A DNA stretch of 64,000 nt. Origin: Pseudomonadota bacterium (GTDB lineage: Bacteria; Myxococcota_A; Bradymonadia; UBA4248). The stretch covers positions 8,711-72,710 of the forward strand of contig JAFUEE010000197.1 of the NCBI GenBank assembly GCA_017464085.1, in the 5' to 3' direction. Numbering within the stretch: the first letter of the stretch is position 1; the number at the start of each line of letters is the position of its first letter. Under the pieces are notes generated by a model. It was not told the DNA's origin and ran no database searches. It saw only the letters and a program-made list of their open reading frames with translations. Below are positions 27,122-36,622 of the stretch, in pieces. The position numbers were made by a program, and so were the translations under genes.

Positions 27122-28879
27122 TCAGTGATATTTCGAGGTGGTGGTGAACGTGATGCCTTTGTCGTCGGTGCCGAGAGAAATCGTCATGATGAAATCTTTG
27201 AACGAACCCAGGCTTTCCTGATAATCAGCCGGGAGCGCCGAAACGAGGGCGTAGTCGAGCATGAGGTCGATGAAATTGGCATCTTTCGGGGTGCTTTCGC
27301 TGATTGTTTTGATGTCGTATGCCTGGGTGGCGTAGATGAGATCGGTGTCAGTGAGCATGCCGTTGAGCTTGATCGCGAACTTGTCGATGTTGAGCTCGAT
27401 ATCATTTGCGGGCTGTCCCTTTGTGAGGATGAGCTTAGAGAGCTGAGGTTCGCCGGCGGCCGCGAGGCCGAGCAGGAGCGGTGCTGTTGTGCCGACGGTG
27501 GGGCCGGTCAGGTTGGCGATGGCCTCGACTGCGATCGGGTCGGCTTTGAGGTCGAGCTTGTCCACGGCGACGTTGAGGCCGGAAATGCCGTTGATGAAGG
27601 CCAGAATCTGCGGATTGGTGACGACTTCGATGACGCTGTTGAGCATCTCGGGGATGTCTTTGAGTGTGCTGCACTGATAATTCTTGGCGGTGATGGCGGC
27701 TGAGAGCGACTTGATATAGGCTATGGCGTTTTTGATATCGAGGTTGACGTTGAGCGCCATGAGCGACTTGTCTGTGGTGACGGAAAGGCGTTTTGTGCGG
27801 AGCGCGTTGAGGCTTGCGAGCGCATCTTTGTCGCTGAGGACGGTCGTGATCTTTGTGATCGTGTTTTCGCCGTCGATATCGGAGGTCATGAGGATTCGCG
27901 GCGTGATCGCGGCGATATCGTTGTATTCCTTGATGCAGGCTTCGGTGGCTTCGCCCTCGATGAGATTGAGCGCGCGAAGTAGCGAGAGGCCATTGGGTGA
28001 AGTGAGTGCTTTGACGAGTTTTGTGATATCGAGGTAGCCGGTCTGAACGGTCGTGGGTTCGATTTTTCCGAGCGCATCTTTGGAAAGCGGTTTTTCGGCG
28101 GGCTTGAGGAAGTTTTCGAGTGTGTTTGTGTCGAACGAGTCGGAGATGAGTACGGCAGTGACGCGCTGCGGGCCGAAATTGATGGCCAGTTTGGAAGGGA
28201 TCACGGATTTGACGCTGGGGTCATCCGAGATGTCAGCGCTGTCGAGCAATTTTTTTGCCGAATAGACCAGCCAGTCAGAGGCGCCGGATTTGATTTCCTC
28301 GTGAGTGACCTGTTCTTCGGTGAGTGAGAGATAGGCATTGATGGACTGTACGACTTTTTCTTTGCATTTGGCGGAATCGACGAGTGTTGCCTGCATGACG
28401 AGCGTCTGATCGCGCGTATAAGCGATGGCATCGAAATGGCCGAGCGGGTCGAGGCCCCATGCGGGTGCGTTGTGTTCGAAATCCTTGATGAGGTCGCGGT
28501 ATTCCTTGAGTGAAGCGAGGACAGTCTTGAGGGCTTCGGCGGCTTTGGGGTCTGCCGGATCTTTGATTTCGTCAATATTTTTCTGGACATCGGCAATGGA
28601 TCCGTCGAGCGAGCTGGCGGCTTTGTCGAGCAATTTCTTGAGATTTGCGTCGGTGAGGTCGAGCTGGCGCGTGGATGCCTGGACAAAGGCCGTGTCTTCG
28701 GGGACGAAAGCGAGGAGGCTGTTGACGTCGGCTTTGTTCCAGTCGGAGACGGTGGGGGCGGCAGCGAGCTGCTGGACGGCAGGTGCATCGCCGTTTTCCT
28801 GAGTGGCTTTCTTGCATGCGGGCATAAAGAGGAGGCCGGCGGCGGCGAGTGCGAGAAGCGCCTGGTGCGTGCGTTTCAT
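27122..28879 (-). CDS. Large lipoprotein, unknown function
   Basis: Signal peptide plus lipobox (LLALAAAGLLFMPAC). 585 aa. No family recognised. Confidence 0.6.
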   Translation of the reverse strand: MKRTHQALLALAAAGLLFMPACKKATQENGDAPAVQQLAAAPTVSDWNKADVNSLLAFVPEDTAFVQASTRQLDLTDANLKKLLDKAASSLDGSIADVQKNIDEIKDPADPKAAEALKTVLASLKEYRDLIKDFEHNAPAWGLDPLGHFDAIAYTRDQTLVMQATLVDSAKCKEKVVQSINAYLSLTEEQVTHEEIKSGASDWLVYSAKKLLDSADISDDPSVKSVIPSKLAINFGPQRVTAVLISDSFDTNTLENFLKPAEKPLSKDALGKIEPTTVQTGYLDITKLVKALTSPNGLSLLRALNLIEGEATEACIKEYNDIAAITPRILMTSDIDGENTITKITTVLSDKDALASLNALRTKRLSVTTDKSLMALNVNLDIKNAIAYIKSLSAAITAKNYQCSTLKDIPEMLNSVIEVVTNPQILAFINGISGLNVAVDKLDLKADPIAVEAIANLTGPTVGTTAPLLLGLAAAGEPQLSKLILTKGQPANDIELNIDKFAIKLNGMLTDTDLIYATQAYDIKTISESTPKDANFIDLMLDYALVSALPADYQESLGSFKDFIMTISLGTDDKGITFTTTSKYH

Positions 28880-28914
28880 AACGGGAGTACTCCTTATTGA
28901 AAAGAGAATGAGTT

Positions 28915-29565
28915 TCAGTCCTCCATCATGAGGGCGACATCGATCTGATTTTGAGTGATCGAGCCTTCGCGCTTGATGACGGGTTCGCCATCGATGAAAT
29001 CGAGGACTGTGGAGGGCGTGGACTGCGGAATGTCGCCGGCGTTGACGAAGATTCCGACGTGTGACATGAAGTTTTTCTGGATGAGTGCGGGGCTGGAGGC
29101 GCCGTGTTTCTTTTCGCGGTTAGCGCTTGAGACGAGGAGCGGCCTGTCGAGTTCGCGCAGGAGCTTGAGAAGCCATGGTTCGGAGGGGACGCGCACGCCG
29201 ATTTTCCCGCCGGCTTTTGTCAGCGGGCGCAGGATTGCTGCGGGAATGGTCTCCTCATTTGGCTCGAAGCGGATGGTCAGTTCGCCAGGCCAGAGGTGTT
29301 TCGCAAGTTTTTTGGCCTTCGAGGGGATGTTGGATGCGACAGTCTTGAGCGCATCATAGTTTGAGATGAAGACAAGCGAGGGCGCTTTGGCCGTTCTGTG
29401 TTTGGAGAAGAGCAGGGCGTTGACGGCTTTGGGGTTCGTCAGATCTGCGATGATGCGATAGCTCGAACGGCATGGGAGGCAGACGATCCCGCCGGATTCG
29501 ATACAGCTTCGGACGTTGACGAATTCTGAACCACGCATCATTTCCTGTAATTCAATCGTACGCAT
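28915..29565 (-). CDS. tsaC: L-threonylcarbamoyladenylate synthase (TsaC/YrdC family)
   Basis: YrdC-fold motifs: P..SSYRI..D, K.R....P..L, LWPG.LT, SSAN and PSTVLD. AAAGGAGA RBS. Confidence 0.8.
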   Translation of the reverse strand: MRTIELQEMMRGSEFVNVRSCIESGGIVCLPCRSSYRIIADLTNPKAVNALLFSKHRTAKAPSLVFISNYDALKTVASNIPSKAKKLAKHLWPGELTIRFEPNEETIPAAILRPLTKAGGKIGVRVPSEPWLLKLLRELDRPLLVSSANREKKHGASSPALIQKNFMSHVGIFVNAGDIPQSTPSTVLDFIDGEPVIKREGSITQNQIDVALMMED

Positions 29566-29669
29566 GATGTCTCCTTTATGCAGTGCAGTCGAAGTACGAT
29601 CCGTCTCCTGTTATAAACCAAAACGGGAGCATTGTAAGGCATATTGAACCGTCGCGGGGATAAAAAGTT

Positions 29670-29759
29670 CGTCAGTCCCCTGAATGTGCGTGCGCGTGCG
29701 CCGGAAACAATCGAGGAAATGCCCGCCGGGCGTCAGTCCCCTGAATGTGCGTGCGCGTG
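29670..29759. repeat. Direct repeat pair A (29 bp, two copies, 61-bp period)
   Basis: cgtcagtcccctgaatgtgcgtgcgcgtg at 29670-29698 and, identically, at 29731-29759. Confidence 0.9.
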
Positions 29760-29780
29760 GGTATATGCGCGCGTTGGCGG

Positions 29781-29869
29781 GGCGTTTCCTTGTATCGGGG
29801 GATTTAAAGGGTAAAAAAAAGCCCCGGGCTTTTGCCGGGGCGGCGTTTCCTTGTATCGGGGGATTTAAA
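29781..29869. repeat. Direct repeat pair B (28 bp, two copies, 61-bp period) flanking a terminator hairpin
   Basis: ggcgtttccttgtatcgggggatttaaa at 29781-29808 and 29842-29869. A partial inverted copy ttaaattcccc lies at 29891-29901. Confidence 0.9.
29813..29841 (-). terminator. Rho-independent terminator downstream of the guanylyltransferase gene
   Basis: Minus strand: gccccgg-caaaagc-ccggggc followed by T8 (A8 at 29813-29820 on plus). Confidence 0.65.
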
Positions 29870-29948
29870 AGGCGTTCTCTTGCACCTTGCCTTAAATTCC
29901 CCGGGGGCTTTGTTCGTTGCGCGTTTCGGGGAACTGATATGACAGGGT

Positions 29949-30971
29949 TTATGAATTCTTGAGGCTTTCCACGATTTTTCGCACGTCCTGTGCCCTGTCG
30001 GCGTCGAGGACGAGGACTGCCTCGTGAGTCGAGACGATGACAGTATTTTTCAAGCCGAGCGCGGCGATCAGGCGTCCGTCGTCAGAGAATGCGAATGTGT
30101 CGTCGCAGTCGATGAGCGAACCGGAGCCTCTGACCGCGTTGCCTCGCGCGTCTGCGTGGGCATAGCGACGAATGGATGCCCAGGTGCCCAGGTCGTCCCA
30201 GGGAAAGGCTGCGCGTATGACTGCCGCATGCGCCGTGTGCTCCATGACGGCATAGTCGATGCTGATCGACAGGAGTGTCGGGAAAATCTCGGGGAGCTTT
30301 TCGGGGGATTTCACGATTTCGCCAATCTTATCGGCGATCTGCGGGACATGTCGGCAGAGCTCGTCGTGCATGATATCGGCGTCAAAGATGAACATGCCGC
30401 TGTTCCACAGGTAGTGCCCGTCCGCGATATAGGCCTCGGCAGTCTGGAGGTCGGGTTTTTCGAGGAATGACGCGACTTTCGCGATGCCTTCCTGGATAGG
30501 GGCGCCTTCGAGGATATAGCCGTAACCCGTTTCTGGTCGTTCGGGCTCTATGCCGAAGAGGACGATTTTCTGGTGCGCCGCGCTGTAAGCTTTTTCGAGG
30601 CATTTCGCGAATGCGTCTTCATCGCTGATGGCGTGGTCAGAGGGGAAGACGCCGATGATCGCATGCGGGTCGCGCGCGCGTATTGTCTCGCAAGCCCAGG
30701 CGATGCAGGGCGCGGTGTTGCGCCCGACCGGTTCCCACAGGACCTGCTCGGGCGGAAAGTCAGGAAGCGCCTCAGCCAGGGCGTTCCTGTGGCTTTCGGA
30801 GGCGACGAGGAGGATGCGCTCGGGGGCGATGATGCGTGAGAGCCTTCGCACGCATGTCTCGGCTGGCGTCACGCCATTGAGGATGCGCAGGAATTGCTTG
30901 GGATGACGGGAATTGCTAAGCGGCCAGAAACGCGTGCCGTTCCCTCCGGCCATGACGACTGCCCAGTTCAT
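29949..30971 (-). CDS. Mannose-1-phosphate guanylyltransferase (nucleotidyltransferase domain only)
   Basis: MAGGNGTRFWPLS...PKQFL N-terminal signature of the ManC/CpsB family. At 340 aa it lacks the C-terminal isomerase/cupin domain. Confidence 0.8.
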   Translation of the reverse strand: MNWAVVMAGGNGTRFWPLSNSRHPKQFLRILNGVTPAETCVRRLSRIIAPERILLVASESHRNALAEALPDFPPEQVLWEPVGRNTAPCIAWACETIRARDPHAIIGVFPSDHAISDEDAFAKCLEKAYSAAHQKIVLFGIEPERPETGYGYILEGAPIQEGIAKVASFLEKPDLQTAEAYIADGHYLWNSGMFIFDADIMHDELCRHVPQIADKIGEIVKSPEKLPEIFPTLLSISIDYAVMEHTAHAAVIRAAFPWDDLGTWASIRRYAHADARGNAVRGSGSLIDCDDTFAFSDDGRLIAALGLKNTVIVSTHEAVLVLDADRAQDVRKIVESLKNS

Positions 30972-31072
30972 GATGACTCCTTATCTGACACGGCCGGTGC
31001 ACAGCATCCGGCGAAAGATGGTCGCGGCGGCCGATCTGGCGCGGCACAAGATGCGCAGCGCGAAAATAAACG

Positions 31073-31096
31073 AAAGCCGCCCTTGAGAGCGGCTTT
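31073..31096 (-). terminator. Candidate terminator after the Cys-rich lipoprotein gene
   Basis: Minus strand: aaagccgc-tctcaagg-gcggcttt followed by a T-rich tract. It lies about 110 nt beyond the stop at 31209. Confidence 0.45.
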
Positions 31097-31208
31097 AAGT
31101 CAAATCATTAAACCTGGGATAAGTCAAGGAAAGAAGCCCTGAGCGCCAGGGCCTCTCCTTGATCTTTCGGTACACAGGAGGAAGGCGGGGGTACCGGAAG
31201 GCTTTGGC

Positions 31209-32033
31209 TCAGATGCAGTCGTACTGGTTTTTGCTGAAGCCGCAGGTGAGATTTTCGGCTGCGCAGTCCCATTCGAGCGTCTGCCATTTGTTGTCCTGTT
31301 TGCCACAATAGACGAGCTTGCCGTCTTCGCATGTGCCATGGAGGGTGTGAGGCGTATTCTCGTCGTCGCAGACGGTGGTGCAGTCATATCCGAAATCATC
31401 GCTGATCTTCATGCAGACTTCAGCGCGGTCCTTGAGGTAGGTCTTGCAGTCGAGCCGGAGGGTTTTGCCCTTGGAAGCGTCTTTTCTGGAGCAGAACGTG
31501 AGGACATCGTCGCCGCATGCGCCCAGCGCGGTGATGCCATCCAGGCAGCCTTCGGTGACATCGCTTGCTTTGAAGCAGCCGTGGTTGACGAGGTCTCCGC
31601 GCTCATATTCTTCGCACACATAGCCTTCGCTGCATTGGATCTGGCTGAGTTTTCCATCTTCGCATGACACGACGACATTGTCTCTGCACGTGCTCCCCCC
31701 CGGGCGCGAGACTGTGTTCGATTCGCAGACGAACACGACGTTGTTCTCGCCACACACGACCGATCCAGCCTCGGAATCGTCCTGGTTGTTATAGAATTTG
31801 CCATCCCGGCAGCTCACGTCCGCCTTGAGTGAATTGCCGTCGCAGACGTAATAGACGCCGTCGAGATTGATCGAATCGTGCTTTTGAACGAGACCGTCCA
31901 CGCATTCCATATAGACGCCGTCATTGCAGCCGTTCACATAGTCTGAATCGCATTTTTTGTTCCCATCGTCGCCGCAGGCGAGGAGGAGGGAAGCAAGGCT
32001 GGTACAAGCGAGTGCAAAACATATCTTTTTCAT
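31209..32033 (-). CDS. Cysteine-rich secreted lipoprotein (about 30 Cys in 274 aa)
   Basis: Start ATG 32031-32033 with a GGGAGA RBS. Lipobox SLLLAC. Reiterated C-x-DG-x...C units throughout. Confidence 0.7.
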   Translation of the reverse strand: MKKICFALACTSLASLLLACGDDGNKKCDSDYVNGCNDGVYMECVDGLVQKHDSINLDGVYYVCDGNSLKADVSCRDGKFYNNQDDSEAGSVVCGENNVVFVCESNTVSRPGGSTCRDNVVVSCEDGKLSQIQCSEGYVCEEYERGDLVNHGCFKASDVTEGCLDGITALGACGDDVLTFCSRKDASKGKTLRLDCKTYLKDRAEVCMKISDDFGYDCTTVCDDENTPHTLHGTCEDGKLVYCGKQDNKWQTLEWDCAAENLTCGFSKNQYDCI

Positions 32034-32199
32034 GGTGAGATCTCCCATTCTGTAGTGAGCATTTTTTGCGACAGAGTCGCCAACTGGAGAGTGAGATATA
32101 GCGATTTGTATGCCAGAAATTTCATCGAGTGAAAAATATCAAAAAAAGCGTGCCAGTCTGTTTTGGTTGTGCCTGGCGGCATGCATGAGCTTTTTTGTG

Positions 32200-32266
32200 G
32201 CCCGGCTATCGGCGCGGCCGATGCGCCGGGCGTGCGGCCGCTATGCCTTTGGGCATACGCGTCCGC
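32200..32266. repeat. Two REP-like palindromes (GGCTAT...ATRCGCC orientation)
   Basis: gcccggctatcggcgcggccgatgcgccgggc (32200-32231) and gcggccgctatgcctttgggcatacgcgtccgc (32234-32266). Confidence 0.75.
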
Positions 32267-32272
32267 CTGTTG

Positions 32273-34192
32273 CTAGAATTCGACGGGCGTGACAGTGATC
32301 TGGGATGGATCAGGCTTGGTATAGGCATTGGGGATGTCCACCATGAGCCAGTGGTTCGACTTGGAAGCGAGCGCCGGCATGTCTGCGCCGCCGCCTCCCG
32401 TGATGTACTGCGGGATGCCCGCCATTTCGGTCTTGCTGTAATCGAGGATTTTTCCGGCAAATATTGCGGTGACGTCGGACTGCAGGAAGAGTGATGTCAG
32501 CTCGGCGGCTTCGTCACGCGAAGTGAAAGCCGAGTTTCGGGAGCCGTAGACGTCGAACAGCGGCGTATAAGTGAATATGAGGCGCAGCGGAGGTTCGCAG
32601 ATCCCGTCTGTGCATGTCGCGCCGGAGCCGCAGTCTTCGTCGCGCGTGCAGATGCATGTGTGCTCCTGTCCATCGGCTGCTTCGCATGTCAGGCCGTCTT
32701 GGCAGTATTTGGATGAATGTGGGACGCAGATGCAGTTTTCGGGGCCATCGTAGACGTTCGAGCGGTCGAGGGCGGGCGGGATGCAGTAGGCTTCCTGTGC
32801 AATGCACTCGCGGCAGGTGATGTCTTCCTGATCGGGGTGCATGATGCGGCATTCCGCGAGCGACGGCCATTGCGTGAATGATGTCGGGGGCGGGATCTGG
32901 CATTTGGCATGTGCCGTTTCCGAGAGCTGTGTGCGGAGCCACGCGAGCTGCGGGTCGCTCAGCGTGGCATCGGCCGTATCGAGCATAATCAGCTGTACTT
33001 TCCCGATTGTTGTCACAAAATTGGATGGGCCGAAGTGCTGGCGGAATGCGGTCAGGTCTGAGCCGCTGACCTCGTCTTCGCCGAGACCGCTCAGGAAGGG
33101 CGTCTTATGGAGGATTGCGTTGCAAAAGTTGGTATAGGTGCGCGCATTTGACGGACAGCAGTAGTGGCTGGCGGACAGGATGCATCCGTTTTCTTCGTCC
33201 TGGCCGTCATATTCGATGAGCGATGCTTTGGCGATGTCGCTGATTTTCTGGAACTGTGCTTCTTTTCCGGAGTTTGTGAGGTTGCCGAGGTTGATGGCGG
33301 CATCGACGTGATGGCTTGAGATGCTGTCGAGGAGCTTTTGAAATCGCCGGGTGTTTCCCTCGACATTGGAGAAGACCGCGAGTCTGAGGTAATCCTTGAA
33401 GCCGTTTCCGTCCGGGGGATCAGCGGGCGCGTTCGCGAGCGTTTCTGTTTTAGGGACGATCTGGATATTGAGCGTCCGGCAGCCGCATGGACGGACGCAG
33501 AAATTGAGTGTCGTCTCGGCGGTGTCGGAACAGCATTCGTAGGAAGGCGGGCCGCCCTTGTATGCAGCATCGAGCGTGATCGGGGAAAAGGCATCGCATG
33601 CGAGCACAGCGGATGGGGACGATGCGGCATAGGGGGAGCGGTCGATTTCTTCGGAGTAGCAAGCCTTGTCGCTGTTCGGGTGTGCCGAGATGACGAGCCT
33701 GTGCGTGCCTTCCCGGACGAGCATGCAGGTCTTGGTGTTGCCGGTCGCCTCTGCGCAGTCGCTGACGAGGGTATAGTCATCCGGGCATGAGGTGACGTAT
33801 TTTTCGGTCGATGAGGCGTTGCAACGCTGATAGATGTCGAGCAGGCTGGTCGGCAGTCCGGATATCGAGAATCCGAATGCGCCTTGCGTGTCGCTTCGAA
33901 TGCCCTGTATGGACTGGAGCGTCAGATTGGGAAGCGGCGCATTGGCGCGCATGGTGGTCGCGAGCGCGACCGTATCGGAACTCATGCCGGTTATGGAGGG
34001 GCATCTGAAGTTAAGCTCGAACCCTGTGACGCTTGCGCCGTTGGCGGTCAGCGTGGAAGTCGTGGTTTCGAAGATGTAGGTGTTTTTTTGCGACTTGAAA
34101 CGCTCTCCATCTGTCGCGTTGCATGCCGGCAGTGCGGCAGCGAGCAGGAGCGCGAGTGTTGGAAGGGGGTGTTTCATCGTGGGCAGTGCCAT
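32273..34192 (-). CDS. Cys-rich secreted lipoprotein; the central/C-terminal part weakly resembles a calcineurin-like metallophosphoesterase fold with non-canonical motif residues
   Basis: Lipobox LAAALPAC and many Cys. Segments VFSNVEG, INLGNLTNSG and AIFAGK sit where the MPE motifs D-x-H, GD-x-x-D and GH-x-H would be, but with substitutions. The functional call is weak. Confidence 0.6.
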   Translation of the reverse strand: MALPTMKHPLPTLALLLAAALPACNATDGERFKSQKNTYIFETTTSTLTANGASVTGFELNFRCPSITGMSSDTVALATTMRANAPLPNLTLQSIQGIRSDTQGAFGFSISGLPTSLLDIYQRCNASSTEKYVTSCPDDYTLVSDCAEATGNTKTCMLVREGTHRLVISAHPNSDKACYSEEIDRSPYAASSPSAVLACDAFSPITLDAAYKGGPPSYECCSDTAETTLNFCVRPCGCRTLNIQIVPKTETLANAPADPPDGNGFKDYLRLAVFSNVEGNTRRFQKLLDSISSHHVDAAINLGNLTNSGKEAQFQKISDIAKASLIEYDGQDEENGCILSASHYCCPSNARTYTNFCNAILHKTPFLSGLGEDEVSGSDLTAFRQHFGPSNFVTTIGKVQLIMLDTADATLSDPQLAWLRTQLSETAHAKCQIPPPTSFTQWPSLAECRIMHPDQEDITCRECIAQEAYCIPPALDRSNVYDGPENCICVPHSSKYCQDGLTCEAADGQEHTCICTRDEDCGSGATCTDGICEPPLRLIFTYTPLFDVYGSRNSAFTSRDEAAELTSLFLQSDVTAIFAGKILDYSKTEMAGIPQYITGGGGADMPALASKSNHWLMVDIPNAYTKPDPSQITVTPVEF

Positions 34193-34267
34193 CGTTGTCT
34201 GCAGGAAAGAGGGCTGTTCGGCGCAATCGCGCGTTCAGGCAGTGCAGGGGCGTGGGGTATAAAAAAA

Positions 34268-34330
34268 GCGCCGCCGTATTCGCGTAGCGAAAAGGCGGCG
34301 CGGGCGGGCGTATTGCGCAGCAATAGCCCG
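34268..34330. repeat. Two REP-like bulged palindromes
   Basis: gcgccgccgtattcgcgtagcgaaaaggcggcgc (34268-34301) and cgggcgtattgcgcagcaatagcccg (34305-34330). Confidence 0.8.
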
Positions 34331-34340
34331 GCGGATGAGA

Positions 34341-36077
34341 TTAGAAGGGCAAAGCGAGGGATTCGGAGCCATCAGATATGCGATTATCCTCACCTTTTTT
34401 GCCAGTGGAGCCTGTTTTGGTGTTTTCCGATTTGCCATTATTTTTGCTGCCGCGTTTGTTGGTGCGAGGGAGCGGGTCGGTGGCAGAGACAGCTGAAGCG
34501 AAGGCATTATTGAAGCTTTTTGTGGCGAGGCTGACTCCGAATCTGACGGTACTTGCCTTTTCTTTTTCCTCGGCCTGTTTTGCTTTTTCTTCGGCCTGCT
34601 TGAGTTCTTCAGCGGCCTGTCTGGCCAGTTCTTCACGTGTTTTTTCCATTTCGAGGATTTGTTGCTGCTGTGCTTCCAGGAGCGTGGCCTGTTCTGTGAG
34701 TTCCTCGGTATTTGATGTGGAGACGTTGATGACGATGAGGACGATCAGGGCGACAATAGCCACGATGCTTGCACCGCCGATGGCAAGGATTTTGGGATTG
34801 GTCAGGAATCTGCGCCAGTTCTGAGTGACCTGGTTGCTGGCATAATGCGATCTGTAGACGGTCTTGTGATTAGATTTTTCCCAATTCTGGATGCATTTTT
34901 CTTCCTCAGCGAGCGCTTCTTCGAGGTGTTCATGGATATCGTCGAGGACGCACTGCGCGGAATGGTATCTGTCTTCAGTTTTTTTGGCGCAAAGTTTGAG
35001 GATGATATCCGCGATGCATTTGGGGATGAAGCCAGGGACTTCAAGCTGTTCCTGCACCTGTTTGTATGCGACGCGCATGAAGGACTTGTCGTTGACGGCG
35101 ATTTCGCCGGTGAGGCATTCGAGGTAGACGAGCCCGACGGCATAGAGGTCGCTTTCGACGCTGGCGTGTGTTTCGCCTGTGAAGAGTTCGGGAGCCATAT
35201 ATGAAGGCGTGCCGCGGACGTTTCCCTGCTGAGTCATGAGCGTCTGACTTTGAAGTCCGTCGGTGACGGACGCGATGCCGAAGTCGAGGACGCGGATTTC
35301 GTAAGGGGGAGGCGAATCGAAGATCATGATGTTGCCGGGCTTGATGTCTCGGTGAATGATCTTTTTTGCGTGAGTTTCGACGAGCGCGGAGAGAAGCTGC
35401 TCGATGATGCCCGTGGCGTATTTGAGGGGAAGCGCGCCATTTTTGGCGAGGAGCTGATCGAGAGAGAGGCCGTCGACAAATTCGAGAACCATGCAGGGGA
35501 TGCCCTGATATTTGCCGTAGTCGACGCATCTGACGATATGCTGTTCCTGTAGAGAGGAAATAAGCTCGGCTTCACGGTAGAAACGCGCGATAGCGACGTG
35601 CGTTTCTTTTTCGTCGAGGCCGCCGGACGGCTGAAGCACTTTGATGACGACGTGCATGTTGTCCATGAGTCGCCAGGCTTCGTAGACGACGGCGCAGCCG
35701 CCGCGCCCGATCTGTCTGCCTGCGCGGTAATTTTGGGATATTTCAGTGTCGTCAAATTCAGGCTTGATGCATGAGGGCTGTGAGAGCGTTGCGGCGATGG
35801 AGACTCTGGGGCGGGCTTCCGTGAGATCTTCTTCATCGTCATCGCCAAATGCGGACATGCCGATCTGTGTTTTTTCTTCGCTTTCGGGGATCGGAAAGTC
35901 GCTCTGCTCTTGAGCATCGATGGGGTCTGAGGCGTTCGCCAGATCAGCTGGCATCGCGAACCCGGCAGGAGCCTGAGGCATGTCTGTGCCGGAGGCGCTT
36001 CCTGCCTGCCCCTTGCCGTTGTCGTCATCAAAGATGCTGCTTAAATCTTCGGATAAATCCTTTAATAGATCACTCAT
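34341..36077 (-). CDS. Ser/Thr protein kinase with TM helix and C-terminal coiled-coil/Lys-rich tail
   Basis: GRGGCAVVY, VIKVL, HRDIKPGNIM, DFGIA and GTPSYMAPE. TM segment ILAIGGASIVAIVALIVLIVI. EEKAKQAEEKEK coiled coil. Confidence 0.85.
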   Translation of the reverse strand: MSDLLKDLSEDLSSIFDDDNGKGQAGSASGTDMPQAPAGFAMPADLANASDPIDAQEQSDFPIPESEEKTQIGMSAFGDDDEEDLTEARPRVSIAATLSQPSCIKPEFDDTEISQNYRAGRQIGRGGCAVVYEAWRLMDNMHVVIKVLQPSGGLDEKETHVAIARFYREAELISSLQEQHIVRCVDYGKYQGIPCMVLEFVDGLSLDQLLAKNGALPLKYATGIIEQLLSALVETHAKKIIHRDIKPGNIMIFDSPPPYEIRVLDFGIASVTDGLQSQTLMTQQGNVRGTPSYMAPELFTGETHASVESDLYAVGLVYLECLTGEIAVNDKSFMRVAYKQVQEQLEVPGFIPKCIADIILKLCAKKTEDRYHSAQCVLDDIHEHLEEALAEEEKCIQNWEKSNHKTVYRSHYASNQVTQNWRRFLTNPKILAIGGASIVAIVALIVLIVINVSTSNTEELTEQATLLEAQQQQILEMEKTREELARQAAEELKQAEEKAKQAEEKEKASTVRFGVSLATKSFNNAFASAVSATDPLPRTNKRGSKNNGKSENTKTGSTGKKGEDNRISDGSESLALPF

Positions 36078-36437
36078 GGCTTTTGTCTGGAACCGAAAGA
36101 AGTCTCAATTACCTGCGCTAAATTATTATCAAAGACAGCAAGTGTCAAGGCGTGAACGACCTCCCCCACAGCATAGGCATGGCTATGAGAAAAGCAAATT
36201 TTGAGCCTAGGCTGCTCTGAAAGGATGCCTCGATGCGTGTGGTTATCAAAGGGGCTGTGGCGATATCGGGGCGTGTGAACGTGCTGAGGGGCATTGCGAG
36301 TGCCGTTCGGATGCAGGTTGGGAGGCGTGGTGCGCGCAGATGCTTGAAGGGGTGTTTGGGATTATGGCGGCGCGACAGATGCTTGATGTGTGCGGGAGGC
36401 TTGTTTTTTTAGTGTGCGGACGGGCGCTGATCACGGC

Positions 36438-36489
36438 ATGACGCGCTGATGGGATGACGCGCTGATGGGATGACGCGCTGATGGGATGA
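36438..36489. repeat. 16-bp tandem repeat, 3.25 copies
   Basis: atgacgcgctgatggg occurs three times (36438-36453, 36454-36469, 36470-36485), followed by a partial atga. It lies about 135 bp upstream of the FG-GAP gene. Confidence 0.9.
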
Positions 36490-36622
36490 AAAAAGCGCAA
36501 GGAGAGCGTTGGTTGATTTTCGGGAATTGTTTTCTCTTTAAAAAAGGGTGATGATTAGGTAGAGTATAAGGTGCTTTTTTGTAGCCGGCGCGTTGACCGT
36601 TGCCTGACTTATGGAGATGGGT

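Noticed and set aside
29670-29869. Possible mini-CRISPR array (28-29 bp repeats with a 61-bp period, i.e. about 32-bp spacers)
   Set aside because: The two pairs are different sequences, with only two copies each. No cas genes are present. The B pair brackets a terminator hairpin. It does not fit a CRISPR array and is reported as an unexplained repeat instead.
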